This document shows positions 29,848 to 41,127 of a DNA stretch of 64,000 bases, one piece after another. A program made the position numbers and the translations under genes. Each line of letters opens with the position of its first letter. The stretch's first letter is position 1. Source of the stretch: an uncultured Acidobacteriota bacterium (lineage in GTDB: Bacteria; Acidobacteriota; UBA6911); the NCBI GenBank assembly GCA_963827655.1, contig CAWHCF010000023.1, forward strand, positions 256,001-320,000. The letters run 5' to 3'. Below the pieces are notes generated by a model that saw nothing but the letters and a program-made list of their open reading frames with translations, was not told where the DNA came from and searched no databases.

Positions 29848-32800
29848 ATGGCAATCCAACGAGTTTGTCTGATTCTCCTTCTCCTGGGCGGAATGCCGGC
29901 GGCGTTGCCGGGACAGATCGTCTCCGGGAGCATAGTGGGCTCGGTCACGGACCCGTCGGGCGGCACCATCCCCGGGGTGAAGGTCGTGGTAACGAGCCAG
30001 GAGACCAACCTTACACGGTCAACGCTCACCAATGACACGGGCGACTATTCGTTTCCCAGCCTCCCGCCCGGCCGTTATAACCTGTCGGCGTCGCAGCCTG
30101 GATTCAAGGAGGCGCTCGTCTCGGGCTTCGAGCTATTGATCGATCAGACGGCCCGCGTCGACCTGAGGCTCGAGGTCGGAAACCTCTCGGAACAGGTTAC
30201 GGTCGACGCCTCCGCCGTTCAGCTTCAGACGGAAAACCCGACTCTCGGCCAGGTGATCGAAGAGAAACCGATCGTCGACCTGCCGCTTAACGGCCGCAAC
30301 TTCGTGCAGCTGGCCAATCTCACGGCTGGAGTGGTTCCGGCGACCGCGACCAGCAACCCATCCGGCCGGCTCGGGCGCACCCAGATTGCCACGCATGTCG
30401 GCGGCGCGCGAGGGAGCTTCAATAGCTTCTTGATCGATGGCATGGAGAATCGCGGCGCGCGCTTCGGGGAGATTCCCATCCTTCCTTCGATCGACGCCGT
30501 CAAAGAGTTCAAGATTCAGCGCAACTACTACTCGGCCGAATACGGGCTGAATGCGAGCGTGATCAGTCTCACCATCAAGGGGGGAACCAACAGTCTTCAC
30601 GGCACCGTTTACGAATTCTTGCGCAATGACAATCTCGACGCCCGCCAGTTCTTCGACCGTGGCGATGCGCCTGAGTTCAAGCTGAACCAGTTCGGCTTTT
30701 CTCTCGGCGGGCCGATTGCGCAAGACCGTACCTTTATCTTCGGCGCCTACGAAGGCCGGCGGCAGCGGCGCGCGAACCAGGATTTCGCACTGCTGCCTGA
30801 TCCGCAATGGCTGCAGGGCGATTTCTCAAATCAGTCGATTCCGATCCGGGATCCCTTCGACGGGAACCGTCCGTTCCCCAACAACATCATTCCGCGGAGC
30901 CGGATTTCCCGGATCGCAGCCAACTTCAACCAGTTCATCCCCGCTCCCAATACCAACCTGCCTCAGGGAAATTACGAAGGCGCGCCATCGAGCAACGACG
31001 ATTTCGATCAGTACCACATCCGGATAGACCATCGTTTCTCAAGTTCCGACGCGATCTTCGGGCGCTACTCTTTCTCGAACTGGGACATTGCCAATCCCGG
31101 CCTGACGCCCTACAGGGGATCGTCGTTTCCGCTGGACGGCCAGAACGTGGTGATTCAGGAAACCCATATCTTCAGCGCAGCCACGGTCAACACGGTCAAG
31201 GCCGGTTACAGCCGTGGTGTTCTCGCCAGCGCTCTGGTCGCCGCCGATCGAGACCTGGCAAGCGAGGTCGTCGGCTTTCAGAATCTGGCGGTGACGCCCG
31301 CCGATTTCGGATTGCCGCAGATGAGTATGGCCGGATTCACCGCGTTGGGGCATGGCGATCAATACATTCCAGACATTGGACGAACACATATGCTCTGAGC
31401 GACACGCTCGCCATGTCGCGTGGCCGCCATAATCTCAGCATCGGCGGAGATGTGCGCCATGAGAGGATTCCGCAGATGACGACGAACGGAGCCAACGGGC
31501 GTCTTACTTTTACCAATCGATTTACGGGTTTCTCGGTCTCGGACTATGTAATCGGCGCCTTCACGAATGCTACCGCCCAGTCATTTACCTCGCCGGATGA
31601 CTTCCGTTTCACGCAGTACGCTTTGTTCGTACAGGACGATTTCAAGGCTAGTTCCAGGTTGACTCTCAACATCGGATTGCGGTGGGAGTACAACCAGCCC
31701 TGGAGGGAGAAGAGCGGAGGCGAGGGCTTCTTCGACCCGTCGATCCCGGGCATGCGGCTGGCGAACGATCCGAGCATCTACGGGTTCAACATCAAGGCGC
31801 CCTGGATTGTCGTCGGCGGTGTGAGACCCGGGGTGGTTCGTCCCGATTTTGCCGATTTCGCGCCCCGCTTCGGGATCGCGTATCGGGTTGCAGAAAACAC
31901 CGTCATTCGGAGCGGATACGGGATTTTCTATGCGATGAACATGGGCAACGACTCGGGCTCAGTCGCCATCAATCCGGGCAAATCGGTGAGCACGTCCGTG
32001 GTCAATTCGCCGGGGCTGCCGCCGCGCTCGATGGATACATTGTTTGACAATGCCTTCGAGACCGTCACAGGAACGGCGACTGCATTCAGCACATTGGAAC
32101 CCGAGAAGCGCACGCCTTACTTGCAGCAGTGGAACCTCAATATCCAGCACAAACTGCCGGGCGACACGGCGCTGGAAATCGGTTATGTCGGGAGCAAGGG
32201 GACGGAACTGATGGGCCGGCTGGATTTGAACCAGGCGCGGCTGAACAGTCCGGGTGAGAATCTTCCCGTGCAGGCGCGCCGTCCCTTCGGGCAGTTTCAG
32301 AGCATCCTGCAATTCGAGGGGGGCGAGGTGTCCAACTACCACGCCATGACCGCCAGCCTGGAACGGCGTTTCTCCAGAGGGTTCTCATTCCTGACCAACT
32401 ATACCTGGTCGAAATCGATCGACACCTCGTCCGCCTCCATCGACGACGCCCTGCTTCACCACATCACCGAAAACCGACGCTTCGATCGGGGTCTTTCAAC
32501 CTTCGACATCAGACATCGCTTCGTGGCGACCGCAATCTGGGACCTTCCGTTCGGCAGCGGCAGGCGTTTCCTGACCGGCGCCGGCTGGATCGCCAGCGGA
32601 TGGCAGATGAATTCGATCCTTCAATTGCAGACCGGCAATCCGTTTTCCATCACGGTGGCCGGCGACCAATCCAATACCGGCGTAAACGGCACCCAGAGGC
32701 CAAACCGCACCGGCCATGGCATCCTGAGCAACGCGGAAAAGAAACCGGAACGATGGTTCGATACCGGCGCGTATGCGCTCAACCCGGTGAACACTTTCGG

Positions 32801-33041
32801 TAACGCGGGGCGCAATACGGTATTCCAGGATGGTACGAAACTGGTCGACTTATCGATTTTCAAGAACAACTATTTCGGCGACGGGAAATACAACCTGCAG
32901 TTCCGGGCGGAGTTTTTCAACCTGTTCAATACGGTGAATTTTGAACGTCCCGCCAGCACTGTCAACGGCGCCAACTTCGGCGTCGTCACCAGCGCCCGCG
33001 CCGCGCGGGAGATTCAGTTTGCGCTCAAGTTTGTTTTTTGA
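29848..33041 (+). CDS. Oar-like TonB-dependent receptor with carboxypeptidase regulatory-like domain (frameshift at 31350-31375)
   Basis: G.VTDPSG, LPLNGRNF, HGTVYEFLRN, NQFGFSLGGPI and the C-terminal REIQFALKFVF. The paralog shows GFATNTFRHW across the break. Confidence 0.9.
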
Positions 33042-33082
33042 AAAAGGATGGCGCCCCGTTACGGAACAGCAGCTTGTAACGC

Positions 33083-33186
33083 CGGAGTTGCGACAGCTTG
33101 CTGCCGCGCAGTGCGAGACCCGCAGTGGCGAAGCAAGCTTCGCCAAATCGAGGCGGGCAGGCAATCGAGCTAGCCGCACTCCAAGG
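33083..33186. repeat. GGAGTGCG...CGCACTCC-type REP-like element (degenerate)
   Basis: GGAGTTGCGACAGCTTGCTGCCGC...GCTAGCCGCACTCCAA. Related sequence lies at 50497-50565 and 21001-21045. Confidence 0.5.
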
Positions 33187-33426
33187 AGTCTGGACGTTCG
33201 GACCATTTGGGCGGCTTTAGATCGAGCTCCGAGCACTGCGCATTCAGGCCAGCGTAGCTCGGTCCTCGAGCAAGGCGACGCCGCAGCGCGGATCCTGCAG
33301 AACCAGGTCAGCGTCGACGTTGCGTGCACGGCTTGAGACGCGAACGGCTTTAATCACGGCCCGGCGCGTTAGGTTATGCCGGTACCGGACCGAGGGCGTA
33401 AGATGTCTTCTAGCGAGGGATCGACA

Positions 33427-34875
33427 ATGAGAAGAATGCGTGGAGTTCTCTGGATCGGGCTGTACGCAGTCGCACAGTTCGTCATCAACCCGCTGGACGT
33501 GAGCGCGCAGGAGTCCCGCCGGCGGCCGCCCAACATCGTCTTCATCCTGGCGGACGATCTCGGCTGGACCGACCTCGGCTGCTTTGGCAGCCGGTACTAC
33601 GAAACTCCCAATATCGATCGGCTTTGCCAGCAGGGGATGAAGTTCACACAGGCCTACACCAACGGCCCGAACTGCGCTCCCACGCGAGCGAGCCTCATGT
33701 CGGGCCAGTATACTCCGCGGCACGGGATCTATACCGTCGCCACCGGCGCGAGGGGCCTGGAGAAATTTCGCAAAATGATTCCCGCAGAGAACCAGCAGAA
33801 TCTCCCTCTGGAAGAAGTGACAATTGCCGCCGCCTTGAAGAATTCAGGATACGCCACGGCCATGTTCGGCAAGTGGCATCTGGGCGAAACCGCTGACTAT
33901 CACCCATCCCGGCGCGGCTTCGATCAGGCGATCGTTTCGATGGGCCGTCATTTCAATTTCCGCACCAACCCCCAGGTCAACGTGGACGGGGACACATACC
34001 TGGCCGATTTCCTGACCGACCAGGCTGTGCGCTTTATCGACCAGAATAAAGCCCGACCCTTCTTTCTCTACCTGCCGCACTTTGCGGTCCATGTGCCGCA
34101 CGAGGCCAAGAAGGAGCTGATCTCGAAATACGAGAAGAAACAACCCGCGGGCGGTCACCATAGTCCGGTCTATGCCGCAATGATCGAAAGTCTCGATCAG
34201 AGCGTCGGCAGGATTCTCGACAAACTGGATGAACTGCAGCTCGCCGGCAACACCATCGTGATCTTCTTTTCCGATAACGGCGGCGTCGGCGGCTATGAAG
34301 CCGCCGGAGTGCCCGCAAAAGGGATCACTGCCAACGCGCCGTTGCGGGGAGGCAAAGGGATGCTGTACGACGGAGGAATCCGCGTGCCGCTCATCGTTCG
34401 CTGGTCCGGGAACGTGAAGCCTGGGAGCGTATGCGACGAGCCGGTCATCGGCCTGGACTTCTACCCTACATTCCTCGAGCTCGCAGGCGCCAGTGCGCCT
34501 CCTGGCCACACGCTCGACGGCAGGAGCTTGTCGCCGTTGCTTCAATCGGCCGGAAAAGCCCGGCTCAATCGCGAGGCCATGTTCTGGCACTTTCCCGGCT
34601 ACCTCGAGGCCGGCGCCGACACGGGCAACTGGCGGACGACACCCGCGGGAGCAGTCAGGAGCGGGAACTACAAGCTGGTGGAGTTCTTCGAGGATGGCCA
34701 TGTCGAGCTGTACAATCTCAAGGAAGACGTCGGCGAGACTCGAGACCTCGCGCGGAAGATGCCGGAAAAGGCGAGCGAGCTTCACGGCAAGCTGAAAGCG
34801 TGGCGGCAGGCCATCCGGGCGCCCATGCCCTCGCCCAACCCCGCGTATCAACCTGTTTCGGCACAAAACCGGTAA
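33427..34875 (+). CDS. Formylglycine-dependent sulfatase (arylsulfatase A-like)
   Basis: PNIVFILADDLG, CAPTRASLMSG, GKWHLG, SDNGG and RGGKG motifs. Confidence 0.95.
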   Translation: MRRMRGVLWIGLYAVAQFVINPLDVSAQESRRRPPNIVFILADDLGWTDLGCFGSRYYETPNIDRLCQQGMKFTQAYTNGPNCAPTRASLMSGQYTPRHGIYTVATGARGLEKFRKMIPAENQQNLPLEEVTIAAALKNSGYATAMFGKWHLGETADYHPSRRGFDQAIVSMGRHFNFRTNPQVNVDGDTYLADFLTDQAVRFIDQNKARPFFLYLPHFAVHVPHEAKKELISKYEKKQPAGGHHSPVYAAMIESLDQSVGRILDKLDELQLAGNTIVIFFSDNGGVGGYEAAGVPAKGITANAPLRGGKGMLYDGGIRVPLIVRWSGNVKPGSVCDEPVIGLDFYPTFLELAGASAPPGHTLDGRSLSPLLQSAGKARLNREAMFWHFPGYLEAGADTGNWRTTPAGAVRSGNYKLVEFFEDGHVELYNLKEDVGETRDLARKMPEKASELHGKLKAWRQAIRAPMPSPNPAYQPVSAQNR

Positions 34876-34906
34876 CCACTTACACGAGCCTTATAGAGGG
34901 ATCACC

Positions 34907-37900
34907 ATGCTATTCGCCAGGTTCTATTGGACAGCCGCTCGCTGCGCTGTCGCCGTTCTCATGCTCGCAATGCAGGCAGGAGTTTCCTCCGGACAGATCG
35001 TCTCGGGAAGCATCGTGGGCACGGTCGCCGACGCTTCGGGCGGGACCATTCCCGGGGTGAAGGTGACGGCCACCAACGAAGAAACCAATTTGACTCGCGA
35101 GACGCTGAGCAACGACGCCGGTTACTTCGCGATTCCCAGTCTCCCGCCCGGACGTTATCGCGTCGCCGCCTCTCAGCCGGGTTTCAAATCGGCGCAAGTT
35201 GCCGGAATCGAGCTGTTGATCGATCAGACCGTGCGCATCGATTTGAAGCTCGAAGTGGGGAACATCACGGACCAGATCACCGTCAGCGCGGCTACGGTAC
35301 AGCTTCAGACTGAAACGCCGACGCTCGGCCAGGTCATCGAAGAAAAGCCGATCACGGATCTGCCCTTGAATGGCCGGAACTTTATCCAGCTCGCCAATCT
35401 CTCCGCCGGTGTGATTCCCGCAACCAGCCGGAGCGCCGAATCGTCGAGACTCGGCCGCGTCAATGTCACGGCCCACGTCGCCGGCGCCCGGGCTAGCTTC
35501 AACAGTTTTCTCGTTGACGGCATGGAAAACCGGGGCTCCCGGTTCGGCGAGGTTCCGATCCTTCCGTCGCCCGATGCGATCAAGGAATTCAAGATCCAGC
35601 GGAATTACTACTCCGCCGAGTACGGTCAGAACGCCGGCATCGTCAGTATTTCGATCAAGTCGGGAACCAATGGCTTGCATGGCAGCGCTTACGAGTTTAT
35701 TCGCAACGACAACCTCGACGCGCGCCAGTTCTTCGACCGCGGCGAACCGCCCGAGTTCAAGCTGAACCAGTACGGCTTTGCTATCGGCGGCCCCATCATC
35801 CGCGACCGTACTTTTTTCTTCGGCGCCTACGAAGGCCGGCGGCAGCGGCGCGCCAATCAGCAATTCGCCACGCTTCCCGATCCCCAGTGGTTGCTGGGCG
35901 ATTTCTCCAATCGCGCGACGCCGATCCGCGACCCCTTTAACAACAACCAGCCCTTCCCCAACAACATCATCCCGCAGAGCCGGATCTCCAGCATCGCGCG
36001 GAACTACAACCAGTATATCCCGGCGCCGAACACCAGCCTCCCGCAGGGGAACTTCGCCGGCGCACCGGCGTCCACCGACGATTTCGATCAGTTCCACGTC
36101 CGGGTCGATCACCAGTTTTCCAGCAGCGACACTATCTTCGGACGCTATTCCTGGTCGGATTGGAGCATAGATCGGCCGGGACTGCTTCCTTTCAGGGGAC
36201 TGGCCTTCCCCCTGGATGGACAGAATGTGGTGATCCAGGAAACCCACATCTTCGGCACTGCCACCGTTAATAATCTGAAGCTGGGCTACTCGCGCGGCTT
36301 TCTCTCCAGCGCCATCATCCCGGAAGATCGGCCGATCGGTCCCGAGATCGGGCTTAAGAACCTCTCGATCCAGCCCTCCGACTACAGTTCTCCCAGCTTC
36401 GGCATGGCGGGTTTCAGCGCCCTGGGATTCGCCACCAACACCTTCCGGCACTGGACCAACACGTACGCGGTCAGTGACACGCTGGCTCTTACACGAGGCC
36501 GCCACAATTTCTCGCTGGGCGGCGATGTCCGCCACCATCGGACTCCACAGATCACGACCAACGGTGCCAATGGAAGTCTCAGCTTTACCGATCGGTTCAG
36601 CGGGTTCTCGGTCTCAGACTACGTTCTCGGAACCTACACCACGGCCAACGCGCTGTCGTTCACGACGCCGCGGGACTTCCGCTTCAACCAGTACGCGCTT
36701 TTCCTCCAGGATGACTACAAGGTGCTTTCCAATCTGACTCTCAACATGGGTTTACGCTGGGAGTACAGCCAACCGCAGAGAGAGAAGGGGGGAACCGAAG
36801 GGGTTTTCGATCCTTCGATTCCAGGAATGCGCCTGGCTAACGACCCGAGCAAATTCGGATTCAACATCCAGGCCCCCTGGATCGTGGTTGGAGGAGTGCG
36901 CGAGGGGGTTATTCGCCCCGATTTTGCCGATTTCGCGCCCCGTTTTGGTCTGGCCTACCAGATCGGTCAACGAACCGTGATCCGGGCCGGCTACGGGATC
37001 TTCTACGCCATGAACCAGGGGAACGACATTGGATCGACGTCTCAGAATCCTGGCGCCAGCGTCTCTACCAGCACGACCAATTCGCCCGGCGTCGTGCCGC
37101 GCCTGATGGACACTCTGTTCGACAGCGCCTTCGAGACCGTGACGGGAGCCGGAACGGCTCTCTCGACGAGCGAGCCCGAGCGGAGGACTCCGTACCTGCA
37201 GCAATGGAACCTCAATATTCAGCAAGAACTGCCCGGTGGATTAGTTCTCGAGCTCGGTTACACAGGCTCCAAGGGAACAGAACTGATGGGACGGCAGGAT
37301 TTGAACCAGGCCCGTCTGAATCTCCCGGGAGAAAATCTGCCGGTCCAGCAGCGCAGGCCTTATCCGCAGTTTCAGAACATTCTTCAGTTTGAAGGAGGCG
37401 AAGTTTCCAATTATCACGGAATGGCCTTCCGGCTCGAGCGGCGTTTCACCGGCGGATTCCACCTTCTGACCAACTACACCTGGTCGAAATCGATCGATAC
37501 GGAGTCTCGTTCGATCGATGACGGCGCCTCCCCGCACCACGAGAGCACCAACCGGGCGAGGGACAGGGGTCTATCATCCTTCGATGTGAGGCAGCGCTTC
37601 GTCACCAGCGCGATCTGGGAGCTTCCGGTGGGACCCGGGAAGCGCTTCCTCAGCTCGGCCGGCGGTTGGGAGACCTGGCTGGTTCGCGGCTGGCAGGCAA
37701 ACACAATCGTGCAGCTCCAGAGCGGCAATCCCTTCTCCATCAACCTTGCCGGCGATCAATCCAACACGGGCGTCCAGGCGACCCAGCGGCCGCACCGGAT
37801 CGGCCACGGCATTCTGCCAAACTCGGAGAAGCGACCGGAACGCTGGTTCGACACCGGCGCTTACGTGCTCAATCCGTTGAACACGTTCGGCAATGCCGGG

Positions 37901-38131
37901 CGCGACACGCTGTATGAAGACGGCGTCCAGACGATCGATCTGTCGTTCTTCAAAAACAGCTATTTCGGAGAAGGAAGATACAACCTGCAATTCCGGGCGG
38001 AGTTTTTCAATCTCTTCAACACCGTGAACTTTGGTCGTCCCGGTCAGGTAGTCAACGGGGCCAATTATGGAGTCCTGGCCGAGGTCGGACCGGCGCGCGA
38101 GATCCAGTTCGCTCTGAAGTTCATTTTCTAA
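34907..38131 (+). CDS. Oar-like TonB-dependent receptor, paralog of 29848-33041
   Basis: Same architecture; intact 1074 aa ending REIQFALKFIF. Confidence 0.92.
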   Translation: MLFARFYWTAARCAVAVLMLAMQAGVSSGQIVSGSIVGTVADASGGTIPGVKVTATNEETNLTRETLSNDAGYFAIPSLPPGRYRVAASQPGFKSAQVAGIELLIDQTVRIDLKLEVGNITDQITVSAATVQLQTETPTLGQVIEEKPITDLPLNGRNFIQLANLSAGVIPATSRSAESSRLGRVNVTAHVAGARASFNSFLVDGMENRGSRFGEVPILPSPDAIKEFKIQRNYYSAEYGQNAGIVSISIKSGTNGLHGSAYEFIRNDNLDARQFFDRGEPPEFKLNQYGFAIGGPIIRDRTFFFGAYEGRRQRRANQQFATLPDPQWLLGDFSNRATPIRDPFNNNQPFPNNIIPQSRISSIARNYNQYIPAPNTSLPQGNFAGAPASTDDFDQFHVRVDHQFSSSDTIFGRYSWSDWSIDRPGLLPFRGLAFPLDGQNVVIQETHIFGTATVNNLKLGYSRGFLSSAIIPEDRPIGPEIGLKNLSIQPSDYSSPSFGMAGFSALGFATNTFRHWTNTYAVSDTLALTRGRHNFSLGGDVRHHRTPQITTNGANGSLSFTDRFSGFSVSDYVLGTYTTANALSFTTPRDFRFNQYALFLQDDYKVLSNLTLNMGLRWEYSQPQREKGGTEGVFDPSIPGMRLANDPSKFGFNIQAPWIVVGGVREGVIRPDFADFAPRFGLAYQIGQRTVIRAGYGIFYAMNQGNDIGSTSQNPGASVSTSTTNSPGVVPRLMDTLFDSAFETVTGAGTALSTSEPERRTPYLQQWNLNIQQELPGGLVLELGYTGSKGTELMGRQDLNQARLNLPGENLPVQQRRPYPQFQNILQFEGGEVSNYHGMAFRLERRFTGGFHLLTNYTWSKSIDTESRSIDDGASPHHESTNRARDRGLSSFDVRQRFVTSAIWELPVGPGKRFLSSAGGWETWLVRGWQANTIVQLQSGNPFSINLAGDQSNTGVQATQRPHRIGHGILPNSEKRPERWFDTGAYVLNPLNTFGNAGRDTLYEDGVQTIDLSFFKNSYFGEGRYNLQFRAEFFNLFNTVNFGRPGQVVNGANYGVLAEVGPAREIQFALKFIF

Positions 38132-38224
38132 CCTCGAAGAAACATCGGGTCGAATTTAGAGTGAAGTCCGGTGCAGTCGCGCGGAGGGTAAGGTTTATCG
38201 ATTCACCGCCCTGCTCCATCCGCA

Positions 38225-38971
38225 CTATCGTCCGAGTGCCTCCAGGTACCGCTTGTCCCTCTTGCGTGACGCGATTTCGCGCACCGTGCGGCCTTCCTTG
38301 CCGGGCGCGTCGGGATTGGCGCCGTACTGCATCAGCAGCTTGAAAATCTCGACGTCATAGCCTTTCTTGAGAGCGGTATGTAGCGGCGTGTCGCCCTGGA
38401 CCTCCCCGATGTTGGGGTTCGCACCCAGCCTCAGCAGTTCCTTCAGGGTTTTCAGCCGCCGGCGCGCCCGCTCCGGCTTGCCTTCGATGCCGCGGTCGAG
38501 CACCGCGACCGCCATGTGCAGCGGCGTGGCTCCGACGACTACGTTGATGTCTGCACCGTGACGGACCAGGTCCTCGAGAATCTCCCAGTTTCCCCACCAG
38601 GCGGCGGCAAAATACCCTTCTGCCTTCACACCCTGATCCAGGAAGAACCTGGCCAGCCGATTGTTCTGCGCCCTGGCCACGGCAAAAAAGACGAGCGACA
38701 GCGTTGCCGGGTCCTCCTCGCCGTCTTCGCCAGGCTTTGTGGTGTGCGTCACATGCGGATCAAAGCCGTTGCTCACCAGCCATTTTGCCATCCGCACCTG
38801 CCGGTCGGCTGCGGCTGGGTCCTGGACACTCGAACGCGCGCAACACAACTGCAGCAGATTGAACCCCTTTTCCGACTGAAAATCTTTCAGCGCGGGCTTC
38901 CTGGTGAGGATCGCTCGCACGTTCTCGAGATCGAACTGCTTGACAGCGTCGATGAGGGCGGTCTTGCTCAT
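38225..38971 (-). CDS. Ankyrin-repeat protein
   Basis: GADIN..GATPLHMA, GANPN...GDTPLHTA and GANPDAP repeats. Confidence 0.85.
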   Translation of the reverse strand: MSKTALIDAVKQFDLENVRAILTRKPALKDFQSEKGFNLLQLCCARSSVQDPAAADRQVRMAKWLVSNGFDPHVTHTTKPGEDGEEDPATLSLVFFAVARAQNNRLARFFLDQGVKAEGYFAAAWWGNWEILEDLVRHGADINVVVGATPLHMAVAVLDRGIEGKPERARRRLKTLKELLRLGANPNIGEVQGDTPLHTALKKGYDVEIFKLLMQYGANPDAPGKEGRTVREIASRKRDKRYLEALGR

Positions 38972-39048
38972 GGTAGCTCGCGTGCCAGGCTTGAATCTCC
39001 GCGCTCAGCGGCAGCTCCATCTCATGGTTTACGGTGATTTCAGATCAA

Positions 39049-39816
39049 TCAAGCAGGCCTGTAAGGCTGGAATTCGGCCTTGAATCGGACCAGCGACTCG
39101 CGGATGGTATCCAGATCGCCGATCTTCTTCCGCTCGGTGACCAGCGCAAGAGGCGCCGACATTCCAAGGACCGGGCAGAAGCCGCGCTTGCTGATCTGCT
39201 CCTGGAAGCCCGGACCGGTCTTCACGTTTACCCCGCCTGTGGGCATGATCATCCTGCCGTTGTGACGATCGCGCTGGTAAGGCGCGAGCAGCCCACCGAC
39301 TCCGCTCGGACCGTACACACTGGAGTTGAAGATCTTGATCCCGTCGGGCTCCAGGCCATCCTCCCGCTCCAGGAAATAGGAGAACTCGGACGGCGAGAAG
39401 GCACCAGGCACTCCGAAACACTTCGCGCTCCGGACCATCTTGACGAACTCGATACGCTCGCGCGACCCGCCCATCCCCGAGTCGGGCGCCACGATCATGT
39501 CGAACCCCATCTCGATAGCCGCTTCCAGTTCGCGAGGGTTGATGACGCTGCCCACCCCCAGCAACATGGGATCGCCGGGGCGAGCCTTCGCGCACTCGCT
39601 TCGCCGTTTCCGGAGCTCGGTCATAGCCTCTTTCAGAATACCCTCGGGAATGCGGAAGGTGACCTCCGCAATGAGGCCGGCTTCATAAATCCCGTCGACG
39701 GTGTTGATCACGTCCTGCGGCGTCTTTGCGTGTTCGCGACCCATGACCACCACCACGCCCTTCTCGCGCAGCAGCGTGTCGACCCGCCTGGGGTCTCTCG
39801 TATAGACATCGGTCAT
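39049..39816 (-). CDS. eda: KDPG/KHG aldolase family protein
   Basis: EVTFR, LGVGSV, PGAFSPSE, KIF and MPTGGV motifs; directly downstream of a KDG kinase-like gene. Confidence 0.75.
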   Translation of the reverse strand: MTDVYTRDPRRVDTLLREKGVVVVMGREHAKTPQDVINTVDGIYEAGLIAEVTFRIPEGILKEAMTELRKRRSECAKARPGDPMLLGVGSVINPRELEAAIEMGFDMIVAPDSGMGGSRERIEFVKMVRSAKCFGVPGAFSPSEFSYFLEREDGLEPDGIKIFNSSVYGPSGVGGLLAPYQRDRHNGRMIMPTGGVNVKTGPGFQEQISKRGFCPVLGMSAPLALVTERKKIGDLDTIRESLVRFKAEFQPYRPA

Positions 39817-39876
39817 AGGCCCCTCCTTCAAGGAAACTGAATCAAACAAGATGTGAGCGCGGCGCCCACCGAGCCC

Positions 39877-41007
39877 CTATCGCATCGCGACCACTCCGCC
39901 GCCCTTCCTGCCCCGCTTCACCTCCGCCTCGACCATCGACTGAGTCACCATCGTGGTATCGCCGGGGGTTTCCTGAACCAGTATGCCGTGGGCGGCGCCC
40001 CACTCTACGGCTTCGTCCAGCGGCTTACCCTTGAGCAGCGCGGAAATGATACCTGAGGCGAACGAATCGCCACCGCCTGTGCGATCCGCGATCTCGATGT
40101 TGCGGCGAATGGCCGCCTGGTACAGCTTATCGTCGGCCACGTCATAGAGGACTGCCCCCCAGTCAATGCGATCGGCAGAATGGGCTCCACGGAGTTGTGT
40201 TCCGATCAGCTTCAGGTTCGGAAAGTCCTTGGCCACCGTGCGTAGCAGGGTGACGTAATATTCCAGAAACTGTTCCATGGTCGCGTTGCCGGATACATCC
40301 ACGGTATAGCCCAGCGCATCGTCGAAGTCGCTCTGGTTTCCCACCAGGAACTCCACATGCGGAACGATCTTTCGGTTGATCTCGCGAGCGCGATCCTTGT
40401 TGGGCTCGACGTTCGCGCGGTAATTCAGGTCCGTGGAGCGCAATGTGCCGTAATGCCCCGCCTTCTTCAAGTACTCGATCGCGGTCTCCGCCGTCCTGGG
40501 GGAGAGCAGGCTGTAGATGCCGCCCGTGTGCGCCCAGCGCACGCCTTCAGTGCCAAACAGATTGTCGAAGTCGTAGTCTTCGGCTCCCGTCTCCCGAACG
40601 GGCGTGTGGGCCCGATAATACTCTGTCTTGGACGGCACCACTCCCTTCCCGCGGAAGGTGGCGTTGATGCCGTTCATGAGACTCCCCTTCTTGTCTGTGG
40701 CGTACCTGCCCTTGCCACTGGTACTGAACCAGACGATGTGGCTGCTATCCACACCGGCTTCTTTGAACTGCGACTCGATGTTGCGGCCGAAGCCGTCGTC
40801 CACCAGTGCCGTGAGAACGGTGCTGCGCAGGCGGAAGCAGTAGGCCATTCCTTCCGCCACGTTCACCTCGCCGCCGCCGTGCCACAGCCGGCACGAGCGG
40901 GCGCGTTCGAACGGTACATCGACCGGATCCAGGCGGATCATGACCTCGCCCAAAGCCACCCCATCCCACTTGCATTGCTCTGCGGGCTTGATGTTGAGCG
41001 TTGCCAT
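39877..41007 (-). CDS. kdgK: PfkB-family sugar kinase (2-keto-3-deoxygluconate kinase-like)
   Basis: LGEVMIRLDP, GGGEVNVA, DLNYR and DRTGGGDSFASG motifs. Confidence 0.8.
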   Translation of the reverse strand: MATLNIKPAEQCKWDGVALGEVMIRLDPVDVPFERARSCRLWHGGGEVNVAEGMAYCFRLRSTVLTALVDDGFGRNIESQFKEAGVDSSHIVWFSTSGKGRYATDKKGSLMNGINATFRGKGVVPSKTEYYRAHTPVRETGAEDYDFDNLFGTEGVRWAHTGGIYSLLSPRTAETAIEYLKKAGHYGTLRSTDLNYRANVEPNKDRAREINRKIVPHVEFLVGNQSDFDDALGYTVDVSGNATMEQFLEYYVTLLRTVAKDFPNLKLIGTQLRGAHSADRIDWGAVLYDVADDKLYQAAIRRNIEIADRTGGGDSFASGIISALLKGKPLDEAVEWGAAHGILVQETPGDTTMVTQSMVEAEVKRGRKGGGVVAMR

Positions 41008-41127
41008 GATGCGTCGATCCTCCCTTCGAATGTGCGGGCACAATGCGTGCAAAAGGCGCTGCCGGATTCAACAAAATACCACTAAGACGCGAAGACGCAA
41101 AGAAACACGCATGACACGAAAACAAAT

